Source: Bacillota bacterium
GTDB lineage: Bacteria; Bacillota; Clostridia; Christensenellales; SZUA-584
Direction: 5' to 3'
NCBI GenBank assembly: GCA_023415795.1
Contig: JAEZJG010000021.1
Span: forward strand, 28,876 to 92,875
Length of the DNA: 64,000 bases
Within the stretch, counting starts at the first letter, position 1, and each line of letters starts with the position of its first letter. The notes beneath the pieces were generated by a model. That model ran no database searches. It saw only the letters and a program-made list of their open reading frames with translations, and was not told the origin of the DNA. Position numbers and translations under genes: made by a program. Positions 54,304-63,351 of the stretch are shown here, in pieces.

Positions 54304-56118
54304 ATGCCAGATCCATATCTTGAGCTGCAGGACATCACCTTTGTCTATAACGAAGAAAGCACCCCAGTATGGCAAAACCTGTCCTGCAGCTTTTTGCCCA
54401 ATACGGTAAATCTGCTGCTGGGTCCCAGCGGCTGCGGTAAAAGCTCGCTGCTGTATCTGATAAGCGGTCTCATTCCGCATAGCCTTGAAGGCCGCCTGAC
54501 AGGGAACATCATACTTAAAGGCGAATCCATTTCAGGCAGCGAACCGCGAGAGCTGGCCAGCCGGATCGGTCTGGTGTTTCAAGACCCGGATACGCAGTTC
54601 TGCACATTTCTGGTGGAGGACGAGTTGGCCTTCGGGCTGGAAAACCTTTGCGTGCCACGTGAAATGATGGACGAAAGAATTGACCGTGCTCTGACCATCA
54701 CGGGGCTAAGCGGCCTTCGGAAACGAAAAGTCACTTCACTTTCGGGCGGTCAAAAACAAAAGCTTGCAATAGCCTGTGCGCTCATCATGGACGCTGAACT
54801 GCTGTTGTTGGATGAGCCCACCTCGATGCTGGACGCTGCCGGACGCAAAGAGATCGTTGAACTGTTGCATCGCCTCGTAACGCAGCACGGCAAAACGATC
54901 ATTCTTATTGAACACAACCTCGATGAAGTGCTGCCGTATGCCTCACACGCTGTGGTGCTGGACAGAGGCGGCAAGCTGGCGTTACAAGGAAGCGCACACG
55001 ATGTATTCACCCGTCTGACGTTTGACCCAACGTATGCGAAACTGGCCGTTTGCCTTCCTGAGCCGTTGCTGATACTGCGCGATTGGCTGAACGCGAAAGA
55101 CGATGCAGCCAGAAAAGCGTTTCGTGCAGAACAGCTTCAAAAAAGGCAGGATGGGGTTTACGCTGTTCCCTATCGCGCGCTGGCACAGCTTCTTAAACAA
55201 AGCCCCCATACTTCAGTCTGCTCGATTGCTGCGCCGCCTCTGCCCCTGCCCCCCACGCATCCTCCGCTTATCGAGGCACATCATGTCGCCTTCCGATATG
55301 GTGAGAAACGCGGCACATCCAGCGCCCCCGTTCTGCACGGTGTAGATTTTTCAATCGCCAAAGGCGAGTTTGTCGCCATCGCAGGACCAAACGGCGCGGG
55401 CAAAACGACACTGCTAAACCTGCTGTTCCGCGTGCTCAAGCTCAGCGAAGGAAGCGTTCGTATAGCGGGGCAGCCTCTGAATGCCCTCAAAACGCAAATG
55501 CTGTATCAGCAGATGGGATTGCTGTTCCAGAATCCGGAGTGGCAGTTTGTCACCAACTGTGTGGCAGACGAGCTGGCTTTCAGCCTCAAAAAATCAGGTA
55601 TGCGCGACGACGAAAAGCTTCAAGCCGTAAACCGCATCCTCAAGCAATTCCATTTGGAAAAGCATCATGATAAAAGCCCGTTTCTGCTGAGCCAAGGCGA
55701 AAAGCGCCGTCTGAGTGTAGCTTGCATGTTGCTCACCGGACAAAAAACGTTGTTTCTCGATGAGCCCACATACGGGCAAGACCTTGAAACCTCGCATGAA
55801 CTGATGCAGCTGCTGCAATCTCTGCGTGCAGAGGGCGTCACCATCGTCATCGTAACCCACGATGTAAGTTTGGTCTGCCGATATGCCGACAGGGTACTGC
55901 TGCTGTGCGATGGCAGTATCGCCTTCGATGGTCCGCCGGCACAGCTCTTCAGCCGTCCGCTGCTGCCACAGTGGCGCATGGAATATCCGCCCGCACGGAT
56001 ATTCTGCAATGCTCTGCAGCAGTACCTGCCGGATTTTCCTGTGCTGTTCAGAACGCAGGATTGTGTTTCCTATCTGAATGCATTAATTGAAACGGATACG
56101 GGAGGTGACAGTGCATGA
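54304..56118 (+). CDS. ykoD: ECF transporter duplicated ATPase (A-A' fusion), YkoD-like
   Basis: 604 aa with two ABC cassettes. Walker A GPSGCGKSS and GPNGAGKTT, signatures LSGGQKQK and LSQGEKRR. Confidence 0.85.
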   Translation: MPDPYLELQDITFVYNEESTPVWQNLSCSFLPNTVNLLLGPSGCGKSSLLYLISGLIPHSLEGRLTGNIILKGESISGSEPRELASRIGLVFQDPDTQFCTFLVEDELAFGLENLCVPREMMDERIDRALTITGLSGLRKRKVTSLSGGQKQKLAIACALIMDAELLLLDEPTSMLDAAGRKEIVELLHRLVTQHGKTIILIEHNLDEVLPYASHAVVLDRGGKLALQGSAHDVFTRLTFDPTYAKLAVCLPEPLLILRDWLNAKDDAARKAFRAEQLQKRQDGVYAVPYRALAQLLKQSPHTSVCSIAAPPLPLPPTHPPLIEAHHVAFRYGEKRGTSSAPVLHGVDFSIAKGEFVAIAGPNGAGKTTLLNLLFRVLKLSEGSVRIAGQPLNALKTQMLYQQMGLLFQNPEWQFVTNCVADELAFSLKKSGMRDDEKLQAVNRILKQFHLEKHHDKSPFLLSQGEKRRLSVACMLLTGQKTLFLDEPTYGQDLETSHELMQLLQSLRAEGVTIVIVTHDVSLVCRYADRVLLLCDGSIAFDGPPAQLFSRPLLPQWRMEYPPARIFCNALQQYLPDFPVLFRTQDCVSYLNALIETDTGGDSA

Positions 56119-56927
56119 GCAATCGAAAAGATCCACAGCCATACCTTCAGCAGCTCAACCCCATGACTAAGCTGCTGGCCGTGGTAATAATCATGGCTCT
56201 CGTCAGCGTGACATCTGCGCCTGCCCTGCCGCTGCTGCTTACTGTGGCGGCCTTTGTGTTAACTGCAGTCAAAGGCGGCCTTTCACCCTTGCGCCTGCTC
56301 AAAAGCCTGCGGCCATTCATAGCCGTCAGCATAAGCTTTATGCTGTTCATGCTTCTGTTCAAAGGGCTGGAGCAAAGGGAATCCGAGGTGCAGCTGCTGA
56401 TATTCAGCTATTCTTTGTCGGGGTTGCAGCATATTCTGGCTCTTGGGATGCGCATACTGTGTATCTCCTTCACTACGTTCGCTTTCGTATTAACCACGGA
56501 CCCATACGATTTGGTGTTGAGTCTTATGCTGCAGCTGCGCGTCTCACATGTCCACGGATATGCGGCGCTGGCGGCATATCGCTTTCTTCCGGCTATGCAA
56601 GACGAAGTAAAAGGGATTAGGCTGGCTCAGGAGATACGGGGTATTGAATGGAACAAGGGGCTGAAAAACCGCTTGCTATCTCCTTTCCGCGTGATGATGC
56701 CCATGCTGGCACTGGCCGCCCGAAAGGGAGAACGTATCGCACTGGCCATGGATAGTCGGGGCTTGGGTGCTAACCGCAAACGCACCTTCTACAAACGCAC
56801 TAAGTTCACAGCACGCGATATCCGTTTTATCACAGCTTTGATACTGTTCTGTGCTGCCTCTGTTGCGTTATTATATGCACTCGGTCTTTTTGAATTCGGC
56901 TCGGCGCTGCAGGCAGGCGCAATATAA
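56115..56927 (+). CDS. ykoC: ECF transporter transmembrane (T) component, YkoC/CbiQ-like
   Basis: 270 aa, polytopic, with the ARG-type coupling motifs (A.E.RG., LAMDSRG). Its ATG overlaps the ykoD stop. Confidence 0.8.
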   Translation: MSNRKDPQPYLQQLNPMTKLLAVVIIMALVSVTSAPALPLLLTVAAFVLTAVKGGLSPLRLLKSLRPFIAVSISFMLFMLLFKGLEQRESEVQLLIFSYSLSGLQHILALGMRILCISFTTFAFVLTTDPYDLVLSLMLQLRVSHVHGYAALAAYRFLPAMQDEVKGIRLAQEIRGIEWNKGLKNRLLSPFRVMMPMLALAARKGERIALAMDSRGLGANRKRTFYKRTKFTARDIRFITALILFCAASVALLYALGLFEFGSALQAGAI

Positions 56928-56947
56928 TCAACAGGGAGGATTAAACT

Positions 56948-57694
56948 ATGCCCATCAAACACCCAAATATCGTTTACGGGCGTCCTCAGGATCCCTATAA
57001 GCAAGAGGACGTCAACGCTCATAGCGCTCATCTGACTGACGAGCTGTCGCTAAAGCGCAGTCCCGTGGGCGTAAAGCTGTTATACACCGCCGAAGAGTAT
57101 GATGCGTCTCAAACACCGGAAGTCCGCGGCTGTCTGCCTTACTGCGTCATGGTGCGTCTTGCTTCGGAAGGCAAGGGCAGCCGTTCCCGGCTCGAGCACC
57201 ATAAGTGCGACGGCGGCACCACCGCATTGGCGCTGGAACAAAGCACAGAGCGCATCGAAAACGGCTCAGAGTATTTTTCGTACAACCTGTACGCAACGCC
57301 TGCTGCTGCGCGGCGGCACCGCAGCCAGATTCACAGTTTACACGCACAGCTTCCAAAAACTTATGGGGTTATTGTACAGCCGCTGGACGCATTCACAAGC
57401 ACGCCCGACGTTGTCATCATCGTGGCGGACCCGTATCAGGTGATGCGGCTGGTGCAGGGCTATTCCTATGAAACCGGCATTAAGCCGGTAATTGATCTGG
57501 GCGCGATGCAAGGCATGTGCTCCGAATGCACCGCGTACCCATTTCTTTCCGGCAGCATGAACGTCAGCGTGCTTTGCCCCAGCACGCGCATGCTGTGCGG
57601 TTGGGAACACAGCGACATGGCGGTGGGCATTCCGTTCGAGCAATATCGCCGCATCGTGTCCGGTGTGATGGCGACCAGCGGCACCTGTAAATGA
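56948..57694 (+). CDS. DUF169-domain protein
   Basis: 248 aa. The PVGVKLL......YCVMV......HKCDGG pattern is typical of DUF169/COG2043. GGGAGGA SD. Starts 20 nt after ykoC. Confidence 0.65.
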   Translation: MPIKHPNIVYGRPQDPYKQEDVNAHSAHLTDELSLKRSPVGVKLLYTAEEYDASQTPEVRGCLPYCVMVRLASEGKGSRSRLEHHKCDGGTTALALEQSTERIENGSEYFSYNLYATPAAARRHRSQIHSLHAQLPKTYGVIVQPLDAFTSTPDVVIIVADPYQVMRLVQGYSYETGIKPVIDLGAMQGMCSECTAYPFLSGSMNVSVLCPSTRMLCGWEHSDMAVGIPFEQYRRIVSGVMATSGTCK

Positions 57695-57719
57695 AACCAT
57701 AGAGACGATCTATCGGATG

Positions 57720-57748
57720 CAGCGGCTGTACAACCAGCCGTTGTTTTT
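57720..57748 (+). terminator. Intrinsic terminator closing the ykoEDC-DUF169 operon
   Basis: CAGCGGCTG-tacaac-CAGCCGTTG (9 bp including one G-U pair) followed by TTTTT. Confidence 0.7.
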
Positions 57749-57807
57749 ATATAATGCAATGAGTAAGAATACATCAAATCACCCGAAAGAACGAAGCAGG
57801 AGCTCTT

Positions 57808-58926
57808 ATGATATATCTGGACTATGCCGCCCTCACCCCGGCCAGCGAAGAGGCTATTCAGGTGTTTTGCGATACCCTCCGCCGCTATCCGGCCAATCCT
57901 AATGCCGCACACACCGCAGGGCTGGAGGCACGTGCGTTGCTGGACAACTGTACGCAGCGCATACTGAATCGCCTTTGTGCAAGCTCTTATGAGATTGTTT
58001 ACACCTCAGGCGCGGGCGAAGCGAATAATCTCGCCATCAAGGGCGTTGCCGGGCAGTACAAGAAATACGGTCGGCATATCGTCTCCACATACATGGAGCA
58101 TTCTTCGGTGAACGGCGCATTGGCCGCGCTGCAAAACAGCGGATTTGAGATCAGCTATGCGAACACCAACTCAGATGGCCAGGCGGATGTGGAGCACCTT
58201 GCTCCGCTGCTGCGTGACGACACGATACTTGTGTCCGTATGCGCGGCGGACAGTGAGCTGGGCGTATGCCAACCAATAGAGCGCATCGCTGAGTTGCTGG
58301 CAGGCCGCCCCCGCTGCTTCTTCCACGTGGATGCGACGCAGATGGTGGGCAAAGCGCCGCTTACCATGAACGGCATCGATCTGCTCTCGTTAGCGCCGTA
58401 CAAGTTCTATGGATTGCCCGGATGCGGAGCGCTCATCAAAAGGCCGGAGATCATATTGGAGCCGCTGATACATGGCGGCGCAAGCTCCTCCCCCTATCGC
58501 AGCGGCACGCCCGCTCTGGGGCTCATTGCTGCCGCTGCGCAAGCTCTGGATACCGCTCTTGACGAGCAGTCCTTCCGTGCAGCATATGTGCAAAAGCTGA
58601 ACACTCGGCTGCGCTCTGGATTGACTGCTTATCCAAGGCTAGTCGTCAACAGCACAGCGCATTCCATTCCACACATATTGAACGTCAGCCTGCCTAGTGT
58701 CAATACGCGCAAGCTTTTGAGCGAGCTGAGCAGCCGTGGCATCTGCTTGTCTGAAAAGTCCGCCTGCTGTGCACCGGGCACCCCATCCCGCCCCGTCTTA
58801 GCAATGACGAACGACCGCAAGCGTGCGCTGTCCACACTGCGCATCAGCCTGTCGCACCTCACCACGGATGCGGAACTGACAGCATTTCTGTCGCACTTCG
58901 ACGAAGTATACCGCCAAATGGCGTAA
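57808..58926 (+). CDS. Cysteine desulfurase (NifS/IscS-like, class V aminotransferase)
   Basis: 372 aa. PLP-Lys motif HVDATQMVGK and active-site region SEKSACC. Confidence 0.85.
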   Translation: MIYLDYAALTPASEEAIQVFCDTLRRYPANPNAAHTAGLEARALLDNCTQRILNRLCASSYEIVYTSGAGEANNLAIKGVAGQYKKYGRHIVSTYMEHSSVNGALAALQNSGFEISYANTNSDGQADVEHLAPLLRDDTILVSVCAADSELGVCQPIERIAELLAGRPRCFFHVDATQMVGKAPLTMNGIDLLSLAPYKFYGLPGCGALIKRPEIILEPLIHGGASSSPYRSGTPALGLIAAAAQALDTALDEQSFRAAYVQKLNTRLRSGLTAYPRLVVNSTAHSIPHILNVSLPSVNTRKLLSELSSRGICLSEKSACCAPGTPSRPVLAMTNDRKRALSTLRISLSHLTTDAELTAFLSHFDEVYRQMA

Positions 58927-58937
58927 CCGAGGATACT

Positions 58938-59780
58938 ATGGAAAAATTTCAGGAGATCGAACGCAGCCTCATCACGAAATACCGCAAGGACATATGGCGT
59001 CCTTTTATCACGGCAGTCGCGCAATATCAGCTGATACAGGAGGGTGATGCGGTGGCCGTCTGCATTTCGGGCGGCAAAGACTCTATGCTGATGGCTAAAC
59101 TGATGCAGGAGCTGCAACGGCATGGTCCCCGACGCTTCCACGCGGAATATATCGTGATGGATCCGGGCTACAATGCCATGAACCGGCAGCGCATACTGGA
59201 CAACGCCGACTTCCTGCAAATTCCCATCCGCCTGTTTGAAACACCGATATTTGATATCGTTTCGGGCGTGGCCGAATCCCCCTGTTATTTGTGTGCGCGC
59301 ATGCGCCGTGGCTACCTGTATAAGCATGCGCAGAGCCTCGGCTGCGGCAAGATCGCGCTGGGGCACCACTTCGACGACGTGATCGAAACCACGCTGCTCA
59401 GCATGATGTACGCGGGCGAGATTCGCGCGATGATGCCCAAGCTGCGCAGCACCAGTCACCCCGGCATGCAGCTGATACGCCCGCTGTACCACGTACGTGA
59501 GAGCGATATTCTGCGTTTCAGCCGCAACCATGAGCTGCGCTTCATTCAGTGCGCATGCCGCTTCACCGAAAACTGCGTGCTGGGCGACAACAGCGGCCTA
59601 TCGAAACGTCAGGAAACCAAAAAGCTGCTGTCCGAGCTTCGCCGCCAGAATCCGCTCATTGACCAGAACATATTCAAGAGTACGCAGAACGTCAATCTGG
59701 AAAAGGTTGTCGCTTATAAGGACAAGACAGGCTTCCATCACTTTCTTGACGATTATGATGAATCGCCCGCGGACGAATGA
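58938..59780 (+). CDS. PP-loop ATPase, TtcA-like tRNA thiolation enzyme
   Basis: 280 aa. PP-loop CISGGKDS and Cys motifs CYLCARMRRG and IQCAC. Confidence 0.75.
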   Translation: MEKFQEIERSLITKYRKDIWRPFITAVAQYQLIQEGDAVAVCISGGKDSMLMAKLMQELQRHGPRRFHAEYIVMDPGYNAMNRQRILDNADFLQIPIRLFETPIFDIVSGVAESPCYLCARMRRGYLYKHAQSLGCGKIALGHHFDDVIETTLLSMMYAGEIRAMMPKLRSTSHPGMQLIRPLYHVRESDILRFSRNHELRFIQCACRFTENCVLGDNSGLSKRQETKKLLSELRRQNPLIDQNIFKSTQNVNLEKVVAYKDKTGFHHFLDDYDESPADE

Positions 59781-59846
59781 CAAAAGCAGCTGCACCATTG
59801 CCGCTGCTCTCTTTGCTGCTCATTCACTATGACGCCTGATAACAAC

Positions 59847-59878
59847 AAAGTCCGCGGCTTGTGTAAGCGGCGGACTTT
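59847..59878. terminator. Hairpin terminator between the convergent ttcA-like and ABC permease genes
   Basis: AAAGTCCGC-gGCTTgtgtAAGCg-GCGGACTTT. Confidence 0.5.
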
Positions 59879-59917
59879 GTGATAAAGCCTCACTTCAGAG
59901 GCAGGATGACAAGTAAG

Positions 59918-60784
59918 TTATCCCTTTACACTGCCAAGAGTCAGCCCCTTGATAATGAACTTTGACAGGAATATGTATACGATAAGCAGCGGTATGATCG
60001 CCACAAAGATCATTATGTACACCTGACCCAAGTCAAATTTCATATAATCCGCGCTGCGCAGCTGATAAATCAATATCGGTATCGTTTTATTATCTTTCGT
60101 GTTAATAATGAGCGAAGGCAAAAAGTAGTTGTTCCAGCTGGTCACGAAAGCGAATATTGCCTGCACCGCCATGGCCGGCTTAATAACCGGCAGCACTATC
60201 CGATTAAAGGTTCTGAATTCGTTGGAACCGTCCATTCGTGCTGCCTCAACAATCTCCAGAGGCAATATGCTCTCCATATACGACTTCATATAGTAGAACA
60301 CGATGGGTGCGGCAATGGAAGGCAGTATCAACGGATAGAACGTATCCAGCATTTTCATCTTAGTGACTAGCTGCAAGAAGCCCAGTGCTGATACCTGGGT
60401 CGGCACCATCATCACCAGCATGATAAACATAAACGCCGCATTCTTAAACTTGAAGTTGTATGCGAATATGCCATAAGCCGTCATCGCCGAGAAATACGTG
60501 GTCAGCGCGGCGGAGCATGTGGCAATGAACAGGCTGTTCAGTAAGCCACGCAGCATCGGTATGTTCTGGTCTGCAAACAGATTCGCCAGATTCTTTAAGA
60601 GATAGTTGCCCGGCACCAGCGAGAATTCCGACATAATTGCAGCATGCGGTCTTGAAGCGTTCACCAGCAAAAAGTAGAACGAGAACAGGCACAGTACGGT
60701 CAGCAGCCCCAGCACGGTATAGCTGATTATCCTGCTGAGCGTGAGAAACCCATTGGCTTTTTTTGCTGCAGCTCTTGTCTTCAT
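59918..60784 (-). CDS. Carbohydrate ABC transporter permease (MalG-like)
   Basis: 288 aa, six TM helices, EAA loop (IVEAARMDGSNEFRTFNRIVLP). Confidence 0.85.
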   Translation of the reverse strand: MKTRAAAKKANGFLTLSRIISYTVLGLLTVLCLFSFYFLLVNASRPHAAIMSEFSLVPGNYLLKNLANLFADQNIPMLRGLLNSLFIATCSAALTTYFSAMTAYGIFAYNFKFKNAAFMFIMLVMMVPTQVSALGFLQLVTKMKMLDTFYPLILPSIAAPIVFYYMKSYMESILPLEIVEAARMDGSNEFRTFNRIVLPVIKPAMAVQAIFAFVTSWNNYFLPSLIINTKDNKTIPILIYQLRSADYMKFDLGQVYIMIFVAIIPLLIVYIFLSKFIIKGLTLGSVKG

Positions 60785-61782
60785 ACCTGTACCCCCTCGT
60801 TACGAGCGCTGCCAAGCACTCTCTTTCCGGCTTTCTTTACCACAATACCTCTGTCCTTGGGCACCTTATAGCTTTTCATCAGAGATTTATAGACAAATAT
60901 ACTGAGCACCGCTGTTACGATGAAGATCATGACCGAAACCGCACCCGAAAGTCCAAAGTCTTTGCTGGTCAGCAGACGGTTGAGATACATGATCAGCGTC
61001 ATGCTGGATCTGTCCGGAGTGCCAAGACCCTTTGAAATCACCTGCGGCACGTCAAACATTTGTATGCCGCCAATCATCGACGTGATCAGCACATACACCA
61101 GAATTGGCAACAGCAGCGGAAGCGTTACCTTGAAGAAAACCTGGAGCGACTTTGCGCCGTCGATCTGTGCTGATTCAAACAAACTCTGATCGATACCCAT
61201 TATACCGGCCATCAGCAATATGGTTGTGTTGCCGAACCACATGAGGAAGTTCATAAAGCCGATAACAGATTGAGTTGCAATGGGGATATCAAAGAACAGT
61301 ATGGCTTGGTTTATTGCTCCCGTACTGGTCAAAATTTGGTTGATTGGACCCACCGGCGAAAACAGCATAAAAAACAGCATGGCAAACGCAGAAGCCATTA
61401 TCAAATTGGGCATATACATAACCGTTTTAAAAAACGATTGACATTTCAATTTCAAGCGATAGCTGGTAAACCATACCGCGAGCAGCATCGACACCAATAT
61501 CTGCGGTACAAAGCCGATAATCCAAATGATCACGGTGTTGAGTGCAAACTTAGGCAGATCGCCATTGGTAATAATAGTCGAATAGTTGTCAAGACCCACA
61601 AAATTCGGTCCGATCTGCTGAAGTCCAACACGGTAATTTTCAAAAAAGCTATTATAAAATGTAGAAACAAGAGGTATTAGCTGAAAAATGATGAATGCGA
61701 TGAAGAACGGAGCGATAAAAAAATAGCCCCACTTCGAATAATTGACGGATTTGATTTTTTTCGCATTAGTCTTTATAGACAT
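60781..61782 (-). CDS. Carbohydrate ABC transporter permease (MalF-like)
   Basis: Start MSIKTNAKK at 61782. EAA loop (FESAQIDGAKSLQVFFKVTLP). Confidence 0.85.
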   Translation of the reverse strand: MSIKTNAKKIKSVNYSKWGYFFIAPFFIAFIIFQLIPLVSTFYNSFFENYRVGLQQIGPNFVGLDNYSTIITNGDLPKFALNTVIIWIIGFVPQILVSMLLAVWFTSYRLKLKCQSFFKTVMYMPNLIMASAFAMLFFMLFSPVGPINQILTSTGAINQAILFFDIPIATQSVIGFMNFLMWFGNTTILLMAGIMGIDQSLFESAQIDGAKSLQVFFKVTLPLLLPILVYVLITSMIGGIQMFDVPQVISKGLGTPDRSSMTLIMYLNRLLTSKDFGLSGAVSVMIFIVTAVLSIFVYKSLMKSYKVPKDRGIVVKKAGKRVLGSARNEGVQV

Positions 61783-61874
61783 ACTGGAATCCTCACCTTC
61801 TAAAAAGCGATTGACTTTTTGATTGCCGCGGCAGAACGTTTTCGTTCTGCCGCGGCAATGCAAGTTGTTATTGC

Positions 61875-63284
61875 TTATGCGGGTTTTTTCAGGTTCGGAT
61901 AGGATTCGATAGCGGCTTTGTAGAAGTTCTCGTAAGCCTGCTCCTCAGTGATCGTGCCAAGGAAGTAGTCCTTGAACGCGGCCGGAAGGGGTTCGTTGAG
62001 CAGCTGGTCATACATGGTGATGTTGCTCATGTCGATGCTCTTGGCGCTGTCCAGCAGCACTGCGATGTGGTTCTGTCCGCCCAGGAACGGGTGACCATAA
62101 TCGCTGGCCGCAAGTTCTTCCATGGCCTTCGCATTGTTGGTGAAGTCAGCATACTTATTCGTGATCTCAACCAGCGTATCCTTATCGCAGGTCAGCTTTT
62201 TCATGATTTCGCGGGTCAGGTTAACATTGTCGGAGCCGGTAGCTGCGCACAGCCAGGTGCCGCCCCAGAAGAAGCCCTGCGGTCCCTTGACGAGGCCCCA
62301 GTCGCCATAGCTGCCGTTGCCCACAGCGGGTTCAGCTTCAGCGTCGGCCAGCGTTGCCGGCATCAGGCAGAAGTCGAAGAACCAGCCAGGTCCGAAGTAG
62401 CACATGGCCTTGCCATCCACTTTGGCTTCATTAAAACTCTCTGTTGCCCAAATGTCATAAGGAAGGGTGTATCCCTTTTCCAAATAGGTCTTCTGCTGAG
62501 CGATCCACTGCTTGATAGCCGGATCAAATACGATCTCGTCGTTCTCATTGACCCACGGTGCAGAGGTGTTGTTGGAGAATACGCGGTAGTCCGCAACGAA
62601 ACCGGAGGTCATGTAATAGCCTTTAGCCTTGGCCTGTGCCGCCACGGCGTCAAACTTATCCCAGCTGTCCAGCGCAGCCTGCACGGTTGCCGGATCATCG
62701 GAGCCCAGGACTTCCTTCGCAATAGAACGACGATAGATCAGACCGCCGGGGCATGCCTGCCACGAAACGCCTTTAAGATTGCCACTTGCGTCCGTGCAGA
62801 TATCCTTGGTATACTGATACATATCAGCAGTATCGGCTTCTGTTAAGCCTACATCGCTGTATATGTTGGCCGAGTAGGGGCTATTGACGTATTTGAGTGC
62901 ATAGTCGGCTTCGATCAGGAACAGATCAACCTTGTCGTCAGCAGCTGCGCCTTCTTGAGCCAGCAACGCTTCGTCAAGCTTCTGCTGATATGCGCCGCCA
63001 TCGCTGGGCGTGATCACCCAGTTGACCGTTACGCCTTCAGGTATAAGGCCTTTATCTTCAAAGAAAGCTTTAAACCTGTCTTGGAACTCAGTGTTCCAGC
63101 AATAGATGTTGTACACTTTGCCGGTATCTGCTGCTTCGGGGGCTTCGGTTTCATCAGCAGGCGCCGGGGCTTCAGTCGCAGCCGGAGCTTCGGACTGTTC
63201 CGTCGGAGCGGGAGCGGGAGTGCTGCATCCAACCAACGAAAAAATGAGGATGAATACCAGCATAAGCGAGATAAGCTTTTTCAT
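61875..63284 (-). CDS. ABC transporter extracellular solute-binding lipoprotein
   Basis: 469 aa. Lipobox LVGCS, Pro/Ala/Glu-rich linker and an SBP family-1-like body. Confidence 0.8.
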   Translation of the reverse strand: MKKLISLMLVFILIFSLVGCSTPAPAPTEQSEAPAATEAPAPADETEAPEAADTGKVYNIYCWNTEFQDRFKAFFEDKGLIPEGVTVNWVITPSDGGAYQQKLDEALLAQEGAAADDKVDLFLIEADYALKYVNSPYSANIYSDVGLTEADTADMYQYTKDICTDASGNLKGVSWQACPGGLIYRRSIAKEVLGSDDPATVQAALDSWDKFDAVAAQAKAKGYYMTSGFVADYRVFSNNTSAPWVNENDEIVFDPAIKQWIAQQKTYLEKGYTLPYDIWATESFNEAKVDGKAMCYFGPGWFFDFCLMPATLADAEAEPAVGNGSYGDWGLVKGPQGFFWGGTWLCAATGSDNVNLTREIMKKLTCDKDTLVEITNKYADFTNNAKAMEELAASDYGHPFLGGQNHIAVLLDSAKSIDMSNITMYDQLLNEPLPAAFKDYFLGTITEEQAYENFYKAAIESYPNLKKPA

Positions 63285-63302
63285 GTTTTCCTCCTTGTTT
63301 TG

Positions 63303-63330
63303 TACGCGCCATCCACCGGCGCGTATTTTT
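63303..63330 (+). other. Perfect 8-bp GC hairpin with a T-run only on the plus strand, between lacI and the SBP gene
   Basis: TACGCGCC-atccacc-GGCGCGTA followed by TTTTTATTT. Confidence 0.35.
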
Positions 63331-63351
63331 ATTTATTGATGACAAATGCCA

